A stretch of DNA of 64,000 nt from Macrostomum lignano. Lineage: Eukaryota. The position numbers and the translations under genes were made by a program. Below the pieces are notes generated by a model. The model was not told the DNA's origin. It was given only the letters and a program-made list of their open reading frames with translations, and searched no databases. This document shows positions 1 through 11,900 of this stretch, in pieces. Within the stretch, counting starts at the first letter, position 1. Each line of letters starts with the position of its first letter. Where the stretch lies: NCBI GenBank assembly GCA_002269645.1, contig NIVC01000230.1:745024-809023 (forward strand). Reading direction: 5' to 3'.

Positions 1-209
1 AAACTTTTATATTCCAAAAATTCTGTGCCAATGCATTTCGACCACTGTCGACCATGTCTGGATCAATAGTCTGTTGTATTTGTATCTGAAATAACTCACC
101 ATGTGGAGTTATACGAGTAATTTGTTCAACAAAAGTCAGGCTTAGAATGAGAAGGGGCAAAGAGAGACAGATCGAGAATAGGATGTAGTACAGTAGCGTA
201 CAACTCAAC

Positions 210-480
210 CTAGAACACGTTGAGTTGGCGGCTGGCACCCCCCATAGCTAACTGACAGTTTAAATTAGGCTTCAGAGCTTTAATGTACATGGCCTCTAAA
301 ATGTTCAACTTGTACTCAAGACTGCTGGAATCAATAATCTTAAGCAAGTCGACAGGGTTGCTGTTGCAAGATGAATCACACGTGAGCAGGTGGTTTTGCA
401 TGGATGGCTGATTTCTTCGTCTACTGCTCCTTGACCCTTGTGTACAGGTGTCGCTTCGCTTTCCCTATGTAAGAGATGCT
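210..480 (-). mobile_element. Penelope-like element relic: 5'-truncated GIY-YIG endonuclease C-terminus (with stop and frameshift)
   Basis: Minus strand reads SISYIGKAKRHLYTRVKEQ*TKKSAI (YIG at 463-471), then after a frameshift NHLLTC...LNILEAMYIKALKPNLNCQ. This is the YIG / LEA-x-xI-xxxKP-xLN-xQ pattern typical of Penelope-like GIY-YIG domains. It lies in the intron upstream of the first visible ENaC exon. Confidence 0.8.
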
Positions 481-1006
481 CTGTTTCTATGTTCTAGAGT
501 AAAACTCGGTAGCTCACTCTAGAACAGCGGAGTATCATCTAGAACCTAGTGTGCTACGTAGCTCGTAAGCATGCATCTAATTATTTAGTAACGACAATTT
601 ATTGCATTTGAAATCTGAACACAGCTAGCAAATCAGTTAAGAAACAGCTGAAAAATTACAAACAATTAAAATAAGCTGACTAGCTATTGGCATGTGGAGT
701 TAAAAAAGAGAGACAGTACAGCAAACTGTTATATTTGCTGAGTAAGAAACATCGTATGGATACAATTATTTTAATGCAAAGTGGTATTGCATGATACCAT
801 CTTTTGCTATTGGCAAAAGGACGTATGGATAGGCGCCTACACTATGTACGCAAAGATGTACCCATGAGTGGAGTATACGCTTGACCCGGGTGGCAGGACA
901 CAAGTTTAGCATGACTGCAAACTCAGCAAATTTACATGTAAATTGACAACCCCCCTGCACATCAGAACCAATGGGTACTCGTATATCCTACGTTTAATTC
1001 TCGCAG

Positions 1007-2476
1007 GCTTCAAGCCAGACATGTCTCTGGGCTTCAGAGCTCCGTTCATGCACAAGACGCAAGCTAGGATTTTCGAAGAGACGGTCACCAAGGTCGATCG
1101 CGACGCCACGCCATGCAGCAACGACCTGCCGAACGTCACCTATACAATGAACTACTCGTATCCGGGTAGCTTTGAGGATCAGAGCTTTTTTAGCACCTAC
1201 CAGGACTGCGTGATAAGACGGATGCAAACGGATTATAAAAGCACCTGCGGTTGTCTGGGCACGCACCTGCCATTGCCGAGTGACCTGCTTAACGGCACGG
1301 GTGTGTGCCATCGGCTGCCAGAGGAGGTGAGAGCATCGAACACGGGTGCTAATTGGTATTATGGCAATACCTTGGCGACCCGGATTCCAAGAGACTTGTC
1401 AACTCCTCTCTTTCATTTCAGATGCTGATCAATTATAATATAAACTACCGAACTAACGAATACAACTTCACAGAGTACATAATAAAGAACAAAACTCATA
1501 GTTATTACCCACTGACGGATTACCTACTGGCCCACTGGGAAACACTTGACTTCAATCTCAGCAGAAGCTTATTCAGGTGCTACCACCGAGTGCTGCACCG
1601 TCACAAGACGCAGGGAGTCTCTGACAAGCACTGCCCAGTGCGCTGCACCAACGTCCGCTACAGAGACCACACTACCGTGACGTCCTGGCCAACGGACGTA
1701 AATCTTGCGTCGGAAATTGTCCGCGGCTACGTGAAAGACAACCTGGATCAGATTAGTGGCACAGATCTACTTAAAGACCGGCTTCAACACATGTACGACA
1801 ACCCAAATTACACATTTAACGAAGTTCAAAGCCTGAGCGTGCTGGACCTGTACCCGATGTCTGTCAAGACGAGCGTCTTCACCGAATCGTTTGCCTATCC
1901 ACTGCGGAATTTGTTCTCGGATCTGGGTGGAATTCTTGGTGAGCGACTGGACTCAAAGCCATGTCCTCAGACAGTAGCTACGTGTACTATGCTCGTAGGA
2001 CTATGGAACAATTGGTGTAGCTGTAGATGTAGAAGCCTGCATTATCAGTAAACTGTAATGTGAACTTAACAGAGGAGACTATTAGAACTGAACAGAATAT
2101 ATATTTTACCGGTATAGCGGTAGGTATTCCATAGAATACTTTGTATAAAGGCATTCTCTGCTTGGGGTGAGAGGGAATGGGTTTCGTTGCGAGCATCTCT
2201 CATCTTCACTCCTGTTTGCTCATCTCAATTACTCAATTGCTGATAGCTTTTTGTTTTCATTTTACAGGCCTATGGATTGGAGTGTCCGTTGTGACCTTAA
2301 TAGAATTTCTGGAGCTCTTAATTCAAATGGCCCAGCTGATCACCAAGGGGCTCTTTGCAACATCAACGAAATCAGAGGGTGCCCAAGATCAAGCTGAACA
2401 CAGGAGCCAGCAAAGTATGCGAAACAGCATCCACACGGTAGAGACCGTTCGCGTCGAGCCCGAGGGTGTCGTCTGA
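1007..2476 (+). CDS. DEG/ENaC (ASIC-like) sodium channel subunit, paralog 1, 3' part only; exons 1007-1326, 1422-1938, 2268-2476
   Basis: AG/GT-bounded exons with compatible phases; Cys-rich thumb (CGCLG...CHRLP, CPVRC); pre-TM2/TM2 NLFSDLGGILG|LWIGVSVVTLIEFLE with the GxS selectivity filter. The first two exons have exactly the same lengths (320 and 517 nt) as those of paralog 2. The 5' exons lie before the window. Confidence 0.9.
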
Positions 2477-4810
2477 GAAGGTTTAAACTTTGCGTCCTCT
2501 AAAATGCTTTGCCAATTTCGACTGAAGACAAGGTTGGCAAAGTCTACGTGAAGCGCTCGTTGGAGAAGTGGTATTGTTTCGTCTCCGTGAAAAAAAACTT
2601 ACATACGTGTAGTGAAGCAACTGCATGGCTAAGGACTGCTTGTTTTTAGTAAGTAGAGAGTGCGACACTGTCATTGCTTTGAATTGACAGTTTTGGTGGA
2701 CGGAGGACTTTATAAATAAAGTCAATAATAATACTTCAGAAAATAACTGTACAGTAAATACTTGCTAAGGCTTGATAGATGCCAAGAGCCTGAATTCCAT
2801 CCTAGAGTGGGATCGTGGGCCGTGTGAGGTTATGACTTCTGGCTTTTTAATTCTATGCTAGTGATTCCGTCTGTGGTCGCCACTTTTGAGAGTGCAGGTA
2901 AAGTCTCTCAATCTTGCGAGTGACGCAAATTAGCTACGCTGCGGCAGACTTGCTGAGTTGAGGAATGAAGTTCGGGGGAGCGGTGTAGGGTTGGGCGGAT
3001 TATAAAGCTTATACCTCGATCAGTTTTCGATCGTATCTTCTATTTTATAATAGACCAAGAGAAATTGCTTACTGGCACATGAGTGGCAACTTTTCAAATG
3101 TTGCAGAGTATACATATACTCACTACACGGTAATTAGTCAGCTACTCATTTTACTACTTGTTCCGTCTAACCCCAGCAACTAATTTATCCGGTAAAGGAA
3201 AAAGTACCAAGTCCAACGGCTCAATAACTTATCAAAGAAAACATTTATAATTAAAGTAAAAAGTTAAATCGTGATTTTTTTATCAGCAGCCGATTATCCA
3301 AGAGCCCAAACTTTATGCAATTTTTCCCCTTAAACGTGTTTTGGCTAGTGAGCTCTACTAACAATAGTATGTGTCAACCTCTTGCCTTATCTAAAATAAC
3401 TTTTTTGTTTCGTGCAACTACTCTCTGAGAAATATTAATATAATTTTTTTGATGTTCTTTAATTTTTCACTGAAATTTATTTTGACTTGCTTATGTTTTA
3501 AAGTTATTGATTCTAGTGATATTATTGATTTTACATGTGTATAGCGAAAGATGAAGGTATGTACTATATTTATTCCCGAGGGTACTAAACTTAGTTGTAC
3601 TGATTATACGAGTAATTAAATAAATAAAGACGCGATGAAAGTAAGAACCAAACAAAAAGCCATTTTGTTATCGTTTTTTTTCTTTAATATTAAATATTTA
3701 CCATTTGCACAAAAATATTAAAAGCCACATGAATCCCCAACTTTTACAAACAAAGCTTACAGAAATCAAGGCTATAGGCATGTTAATCTAAAATATGAGC
3801 TTTCGAAGTTCGAATTTCAGTAAAAAAACCTATCGCTATTTTTATGTCGAAAAAGAGAAAGCTCTTATCTCTGATGTGCATTGGGTGCGTATTTTATGGT
3901 CAGCACTCAAAAGTTTCCCGTTCTTCGAATCTACATGTACCTAAGTCGTCTTTGATTGGCTCTAATGCGTGGCATATGCCCTCAGCTGGCGTGTAGTTTA
4001 TTCTATATACCCATTTCGTGTGCTGACAATTTTCACTAGTTTTGAGTTAGCCCTTACATGTACATGTACTTTGTCTTGTATTTACGTGTATATAAAACCC
4101 ATGTGAGTATTCCCCTCACGACTTCGGTGTCTGCTGCGGCTGCCGTTCTGGAGAAATTAGGAGAAAGTTACTATACACCACTTTAATTAGAGACTTAGAC
4201 CGTCAAAAGTGACAGGTAGGTTTGATGAGGACGCACTTTTTCCCAAATCCCGCGCTTGCACATGGGCTCTAAACTTACTTGCCTACTAACAGTGGGCAGT
4301 GGGCATTTTTATCCTTTTTCTGCGAATTTTCATAGAATCTATACTAGATATAATGTCTGGCCATACTAGTAGTCATAATAACATAGGCGCAGTTTTTTGG
4401 GTCATAAATCATCGCTTTCGAAGCTGATCTGACAGCCACCTGCGCCTCACTCAGTGTTGAAGCGGGCGCCAGATGGTCTGAGAGGATGCGGGCGGTAGCT
4501 TTTTTCTCATCATTTTGACAGGCCATCAAGATTTATGAGGTCAGAGCCTATTGTTCGGATTCACTCAAGCGTGTGACAGCTTTGACAGCTATGCGTTTTA
4601 CCCCTAAAAGTACCTTGGGATTAGCGATTAGCGATTTCTCTTCATTATCTTCACTTTCTATTTAATAAGAGCTTTCTAATGTATATTTTTTCATTAAATT
4701 TCTGTCAATCCTACGCGAAAAGTCATAAATCATTTTGTTGCGATTTTGAGTGATTTATGGCCGCACCTGTCATCTTTTTACGACCCTGTGGGAACTGATA
4801 GGATCTCTCG

Positions 4811-4945
4811 GTCACGTGATTCTGGGTAGCAACGAGCTTAGCCAATCAGAAAATTCGGCGCTCATTTTAACAAAACGGCTCAGCCAATCAGAATCGACGT
4901 GTTCCGTTATAACAAACTGCGGTCCAGTTGGCGGCTATTTAAACC
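4811..4945 (+). promoter_or_regulatory. Pol II promoter-like cassette: E-box, two CCAAT boxes, TATA
   Basis: CACGTG 4813-4818; AGCCAATCAG twice (CCAAT at 4842 and 4884); TATTTAAA 4936-4943 followed by GC-rich sequence. Motif arrangement only, no transcript evidence. Confidence 0.4.
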
Positions 4946-7096
4946 GGAGTTTTTGGCCCGCTCGGACGCAACTTCTTCTTACTTTGGCTCGGGCCCAGCG
5001 CGCAACTTCTGGTTCCCGGAGCACGACCGTCGTTTCTTGATCCCCGGATTGCGACTTCCCCCATCATCATCAAGGACGAGTCCCCCGGTCGACAGCAGCG
5101 AACATCCAGTTAAGAGCATCACCTGCTAGCTAACAGCGAAGATTGTGACAGCATCATCCCGAGTTTACAGCTGCAGAGCATCGAGCCGATTCGGCCACTG
5201 TGGATTGCCTGGTCTCCGGCTGTTGAGTTTCTGATTGGTTGGGTGAGAGGCTATCTAGACTTGCTTGATTGGGTGATCCCTTTTCTGTCCCCTGTTGCAG
5301 TAGCTGAATTAGGCGCACACTTTTGCTCATTTTGTTCAGTAGTGCTGTTGCTGAGGCAGGAATCATTCAATAATACTGCTAGTAGTCTAAGACTCCAATT
5401 CAATCTAAAGTGTGAAGTGAACTAAGGAGAAGGTTAAATCTAACAGTTATCTTTGTCGGCTTTATTTCTTTGTTCGCCGATGGCTCAGATGAGTAGCTAA
5501 GCTAGTAGGCGCCGGTCACAGTGGACCAATGGCAAGGCAGTTCTCAGTCGACCAATCTAACAAATCAGTGAGCAAAACTGCCAAAAGTGCAGAATCGGCG
5601 CCAGAGATGTACTTTGTGCACTCTAGGGTAGCCAAGCGGCTCGGGTAAATGAATCATGCGGTCTCTGAAGTTCGAGTTAGTCTATCATCAGCGCTATGAG
5701 AGGCTAGTTGGCGCGTTGAAGGCCAAAAGTACATATCTTCGTATTTAGCAATGTAATAGTACATGTAGCTACCCCATAGACTCGCCACCGCAAGAATCCC
5801 CTGCACAAGTCCCCTCTGTACCTGCATGGCCAACGCGATCTAGTCCCAGCAGTGTCCCTTATCATCGGCTATGACTTCGAGATTGACAGCAAAAAGACAC
5901 TAGTTGGCAGGTAAGTGCAAAGCCCCTTCTAGTCGGAAGCCCGATTTCGAGAGTCCCGGTGTGGTGAGCCAGGGCGCACGGGCTGGTGGCAGCAAGTTAG
6001 TTGATCTGCGGATTAGCTAATTTCTACTTTCAAAATTCTCCCTGCTCGTCTCTCGCTGTCCCTCTCTTAGCTATAGGACCTAGACTGCTCGCCACACGAT
6101 CAAGCTACCATGGGGCTGACCATCTGACAGGAGTGGGGGGCCAGGTCTCTAATTGATTTATTTCTGAGCCTGAGGCTCGAAGGCTTCCCTAACAAGGAGC
6201 CCGAAGGTCGAAACCCATCAGGTTATTGTAAATCAAGCTGGGCCTACAGGTTGACCTCTAGACACCGAAGTAACTAATCAAAAGTAGGAACAGAATAAGT
6301 GAACAGCACTCAAGATGGGCCTTGAGTTGAAATTTAGGGAATTTTTACACTTCATCCGTGAATATGACCACAGGGTGTACATGCAGCGGCCCTGACTTTC
6401 TAGCCGCCAGGCACGTATTCACTCTTTGTGCCTTTGAGGTTGGCCCTCGTGAACCCGAATCGCACAACCCCCTGCCAATATTCTTTCATCGGATTGTGTG
6501 TGGGCTGCTTAATGTATAAGATTGCATGGAATTTGAACAGTCTCGGATAATGATCGAAAATATTATATGTTCGGGTCAGTTTGCAACGCTTTTAATACCG
6601 TGTGGCAGACCCGTGACGCAGAGCGGAACGCAGCAATGAGTCCACATCTAAGATTTTCAGCTGAATCTAGTGTGGATTATTTAGAGGAGGCGTCGCACTT
6701 TTGTTTCCAAAGCTAGGGCGCACGCGATGATACACAATTTAAGTTGCTATTTAAAAAGCTGGATGCCATTCCCAACTTTGCGCAGTCCAGTGTTATTTCA
6801 TATTCTCGTTTTCAAAAGCTTTGGATAGCTGGAAGCAAAGGCACCTACCTATTCAGCTCAGCTCAAAACTATTCCCCAATATCCTCATGCCTTCTTTTTT
6901 CCTTCCCCAATCCTTATCTATCGTGCAGGCAGGACAAGTCTAACTGTACGCCTTTTACAATGCTAATATAAAAACAATATGAATCCAAGTCAAGTCACAA
7001 TTGAAGGGCACTGCTTATACTCGTAATACTATACCCTATTGCTTTAAAGGACTATTACAAAAAACAAAATCAGTGTTTGTAACAATCCCATGACAG

Positions 7097-8560
7097 CATG
7101 ACAGTTCCCCTGAAGCTATGGAAAAGCATGACAGTTCCCCTGAAGCTATGGAGGAGCATGACAGTTCCCCTGAAGCTATGGAGGAGCATGACAGTTCCCC
7201 TGAAGCTATGGAGGAGCATGACAGTTCCCCTGAAGCTATGGAAAAGCATGACAGTTCCCCTGAAGCTATGGAGGAGCAGGACAGTTCCCCTGAAGCTATG
7301 GAGGAGCATGACAGTTCCACTGAAGCTATGGAAAAGCATGACAGTTCCCCTGAAGCTATGGAAGGGCATGGCAGTTCCCCTGAAGCTATGGAGGAGCATG
7401 ACAGTTCCACTGAAGCTATGGAAGGGCATGGCAGTTCCCCTGAAGCTATGGAGGAGCATGACAGTTCCCCTGAAGCTATGGAGGAGCATGACAGTTCCAC
7501 TGAAGCTATGGAAAAGCATGACAGTTCCCCTGAAGCTATGGAAGGGCATGGCAGTTCCCCTGAAGCTATGGAGGAGCATGACAGTTCCACTGAAGCTATG
7601 GAAGGGCATGGCAGTTCCCCTGAAGCTATGGAGGAGCATGACAGTTCCACTGAAGCTATGGAAAAGCATGGCAGTTTCCCTGAAGCTATGGAAAAGCATG
7701 ACAGTTCCCCTGAAGCTATGGAGGAGCATGACAGTTCCCCTGAAGCTATGGAAAAGCATGACAGTTCCCCTGAAGCTATGGAGGAGCATGACAGTTCCCC
7801 TGAAGCTATGGAAAAGCATGACAGTTCCCCTGAAGCTATGGAGGAGCATGACAGTTCCCCTGAAGCTATGGAAAAGCATGACAGTTCCCCTGAAGCTATG
7901 GAAGGGCATGGCAGTTCCCATGAAGCTATGGAAAAGCATGACAGTTCCCCTGAAGCTATGGAAAAGCATGACAGTTCCCCTGAAGCTATGGAAGGGCATG
8001 GCAGTTCCCATGAAGCTATGGAAAAGCATGGCAGTTCCCCTGAAGCTATGGAAAAGCATGACAGTTCCCCTGAAGCTATGGAAGGGCATGACAGTTCCCA
8101 TGAAGCTATGGAAAAGCATGACAGTTCCCCTGAAGCTATGGAAGGGCATGGCAGTTCCCCTGAAGCTATGGAGGAGCATGACAGTTCCCATGAAGCTATG
8201 GAAAAGCATGACAGTTCCCCTGAAGCTATGGAAGGGCATGGCAGTTCCCCTGAAGCTATGGAGGAGCATGACAGTTCCCCTGAAGCTATGGAAAAACATG
8301 ACAGTTCCCTGAAGCTATGGAGGAGCATGACAGTTCCACTGAAGCTATGGAAAAACATGACAGTTCCCCTGAAGCTATGGAGGAGCATGACAGTTCCACT
8401 GAAGCTATGGAAAAGCATGACAGTTCCCCTGAAGCTATGGAAGGGCATGGCAGTTCCCATGAAGCTATGGAAGGGCATGACAGTTCCCATGAAGCTATGG
8501 AAGGGCATGACAGTTCCCATGAAGCTATGGAAGGGCATGGCAGTTCTCCCTGAGAAGCTA
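7097..8560. repeat. 30-bp minisatellite, ~49 copies (CATGACAGTTCCCCTGAAGCTATGGAGGAG and variants)
   Basis: Direct tandem periodicity of 30; a few recurrent variants (GAGGAG/GAAAAG/GAAGGG; GAC/GGC; CCCC/CCAC/CCCA); one 1-bp deletion near 8309. Confidence 0.97.
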
Positions 8561-8937
8561 TGCGTCATTTGTTACGTTAGCTATATTGCATTGGATTTAA
8601 TCCGGTACAGCAGGGAGAAGAAGGCCAGTGTTTACAACCCCAACCAGAGCAAGAGCTGATTAATGAGGGCAGAAAAAACACAAATGCAGCTGAATGCCGT
8701 ATTCAATAACAACGGGTTAATTATAGGGAAGCAGAATATACGGTTCTATCGTCATTAACATTCTATAGCTATATGAGCTGAGGCATTTTTGTTTCCCACT
8801 TGCCAACCCCAATAGACCTGGCATCGTTTGAAAATTTGCAGGTTAGGCAGCTCAACCCCGGCAGTTTAAACAGCATCCAGTCAGCTCTGCATTGCTACTG
8901 AAGTTGCAAGCCCAGTAGACAGCGATCAGCCACTGGC

Positions 8938-11900
8938 ATGGAGACGGCATCCAGTGGTGAGCATCGGCCGGAGCCTCTGCTGCGGCAGCTCCGTCAGAAG
9001 GCTCTGATCTCGTTTGCCCAGCAGACCACAGCGCACGGCTTCGTGCGCCTGACGCAGGGCTCCAGCCTCCGCCGCCTCATCTGGGCACTGGCCATCTTGA
9101 GCGCCTGCGTAGGATTCTCGCTGCACCTGTCAGAGCTGGTGAAGAGGTACCTCAGCTACCCAGTGAGCACCGAGTTCTCCAATGATGGGGCAGAGTTTCA
9201 GTTCCCAAGCGTCACCATCTGTCCCATTAACAACTACGTGCTTTGGTGTCAACCTGTGCCTCCGCTCGATCCCAACGGTAAGGATGAAAATATCTTGCAG
9301 AGCAATGCACATACCAGGTATAGCAGCATGTAAATTCTTTACAGGACAATCACAATTCTGTACGATACAATCGCTAATAACATGTAGCATGCACGATGCA
9401 CCTGCATTTACTATATTTTGAATCATGAACCACATTCTATGCAACGCATAGCATGCGCGCTTCTATTACACGTATTGCCATAAGCTCATTATCTTCTTGC
9501 TGAACATTCATTCAATTTGTTTGAAAACTCAGCTTCATCAGATATGTGCTTATGGAACATGATCTATGACGTTCCTCGGACATATCTACTGCTGGATAAA
9601 GAGAACTGGAATGTCTCAATGCCTTCGCACCCCTACAAATACTATAACGATGGAAAACTTGCTCTTCGAGCTCTGGCTTACCGCGGGATGCAGTTCATGC
9701 TGCCTCACGAGATGGTTCTCTACTGCCGGTACAACTCCGAGCCCTGCTCTTTCAAGAACTTCACCCTGTACAAGGACGAGGAAAGGTAGGACGCCGCTTG
9801 TGTTCACAAAATCACAAAGGTAGGACAAAGATCAAGAAGACAAAAATCTAGCAACTGAAGCAAATCACCGACTTTATCGAAACTTCAGATTCCAGTGTAT
9901 TTCGTTTACTCCATTGAACCATTCAATCGTTCGAGCCGGGCCTGGCAACGGACTTTATCTGGTGCTCAATCAGATAACGGACTCGTTTTTAACCGACGAA
10001 GAGCAAATTGACTATGTGCCGGGATTTCAGGTGGCCCTGCATGAGAGAGGTGAGCCGATCATGTCCTCATGCTGTAAGCTGTCTATCCTGTTTTTCCTGC
10101 AGTAGGTGATGTTTTCATTAGAGAAACGAGTTCAAAACCCTGTGCAAGGAGACCTCTAGAACCTCTGTGGGCTACGTACGTAAGCATCTAATTATTCAGT
10201 ATAGCTACTTTATTGCGTTTGAAATCTGAACACTCCAACTTTCTCACGTACGACGCTAGGTTTGGAGGCTCCAAACCCCTGAATAGTCCTAGGCACGCTA
10301 CCCACAAATAAGAAAAGAAGAGGCAAGGCGGCTTATGACGGGCGGCGATGGATGGTGCTCAAAGCAGGTAGGTGGGTGTATGACAAGTAGCTACAGACTG
10401 GTTGCACGGCTCAGGGCACAGCGCAGAGGCGCAAACAAAACGCAGAGGTGCAAATAAATGTGGGAGCGCAGACGGAACGCAATACGCAGAAAATACAAAG
10501 TCTCAGCTCTCATGTCTCGTGGCCAAGCTCATTCCGACCCTTGCAAAAAATCAGCCCCTTTACGGCCTATCGACCCACGGGGCCGTGGATAGAGTCGGTG
10601 GAAAAAAGGGCTACAGGCCGGCCCTGAATGCTTAAAGTTTCAGCAACAACCAGTCAGCCAATCAGCAGCGCGCGAGCAGAGCAGGAAACTCAGTCCTGAC
10701 CAATCAGCACCAGATAAAACTGGGGGGAGGGGTTAACACAATGCCAGCCAGTGATACAAGCTAACCCGATGGGGGAGAGAGGCACCCACCCTGAGGAACA
10801 TCACACTCAAGTTAAAAAAGTTCACTACATTATTAGCATATAGTTACATTACTATTGGGACAGAGGCCATTATTGACAATTAAGACCTGTCGATAAGTCA
10901 TATAGCTGGGATGGACACAGGAATAGGTGGTATATCTATGTGGCCAAGTTAAAAAACCCCTTATTTCCCTGCTACTAACTCTTTCAACTACTGAAAGGTA
11001 CTTAAAGTATTGTATTAATGAATGAGTAGTCTCATTCTTCCCCTTTTGTCATAAGAATTTCCTTGTCTTCTTTAATGTAAACCACGCATTTAGGCAAAAC
11101 TAATGTTAAAAATACTAATACTAAGTTAAAAAACTTACTATAAAAAGCTTTGATTTGTCTGAGTGTTGTGAATGTGCATGCTCAATGCTATTATGTAACG
11201 TACGCGCATCGATGTACATCTAGCTCATATCAGTCAGATAATATATATTGGCCAGCTCACTGTAGCTGAGAGCCACCTCTCCTCTCCTTCGCCTTTCGTG
11301 AATTGATTTCATTCATTTGGCCAGCGGCCACAACACTAGCATCGCAAGCAGGGACTTAGCGAAAAACCACCACGCGCAAAACTCAACTCACGGCAGCCAA
11401 GGCACACAAGTCAAACTCTCGCTATCGCCTTGCAATTCTGCAAACTCAACTCAGTGAATTTAGAAATGAGCAGCTCCGACAACGCCACAGCGCCAGCGCT
11501 ACGACTAAACCTCAGAGAACCGCCTCCATTTCTCGACAACCCAGGAACACCTGTGGTTTCATGGGAAACTTGGGCCGCTGAGTTCGACACCTACCTGCTA
11601 GCGTCAGGAGTCGACGGCTTGCAAGAAGCCAGGAAGATCGCACTGCTCGTGCACTGCCTCGGGCGGGAAGGAGTGCGAGTCTACCGGACTCTTATCAAGT
11701 CTCCAGCTGAAGCTCCAGCGACACTCAAAGCGGCATGCAAACTGCTTAAGGAGCACTTTCAGCCCACCGTCAGCGTGTATGCCAAGCGCCATGACTTCCG
11801 GAAGTGCGTCCAGCGGAGCGGCGAAGGCGTGCACGCATTCGTGGCAAACTTGCGTCATGCCGCCAGAGACTGTGAGTTCCAGAGCCTTCACGACGACCTC

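Noticed and set aside
28-66. Possible hammerhead in the pLTR region next to the Penelope relic (minus strand GAC-AGTG-GTC-GAAA-TGCA-TT)
   Set aside because: Stem II, GAAA and a palindrome are present, but there is no CUGANGA core and no stem I; at best a dead remnant.
595-607. CAATTTATTGCAT, similar to the 3' end of a flatworm spliced leader as I recall it
   Set aside because: Short AT-rich match with no following G/GT donor or Sm site, and not conserved in the paralogous intron block.
6192-6235. CTAACAA-GGAGCCCGAAGGTC-GAAAC resembling a G>A-mutated hammerhead
   Set aside because: Two core mismatches, a non-palindromic stem III and no clean stem I.
7036-8659. 400-510-aa ORFs (MEEHDSSPEA and similar) on both strands
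   Set aside because: A 30-bp unit keeps several frames open automatically; ORFs occur on both strands and a 1-bp deletion at ~8309 swaps frames without consequence.
10259-10294. Hairpin GGTTTGGA-GGC-TCCAAACC followed 11 nt later by CTAG (Helitron 3' end-like)
   Set aside because: Not followed by T, and no 5' TC end or element body can be defined.
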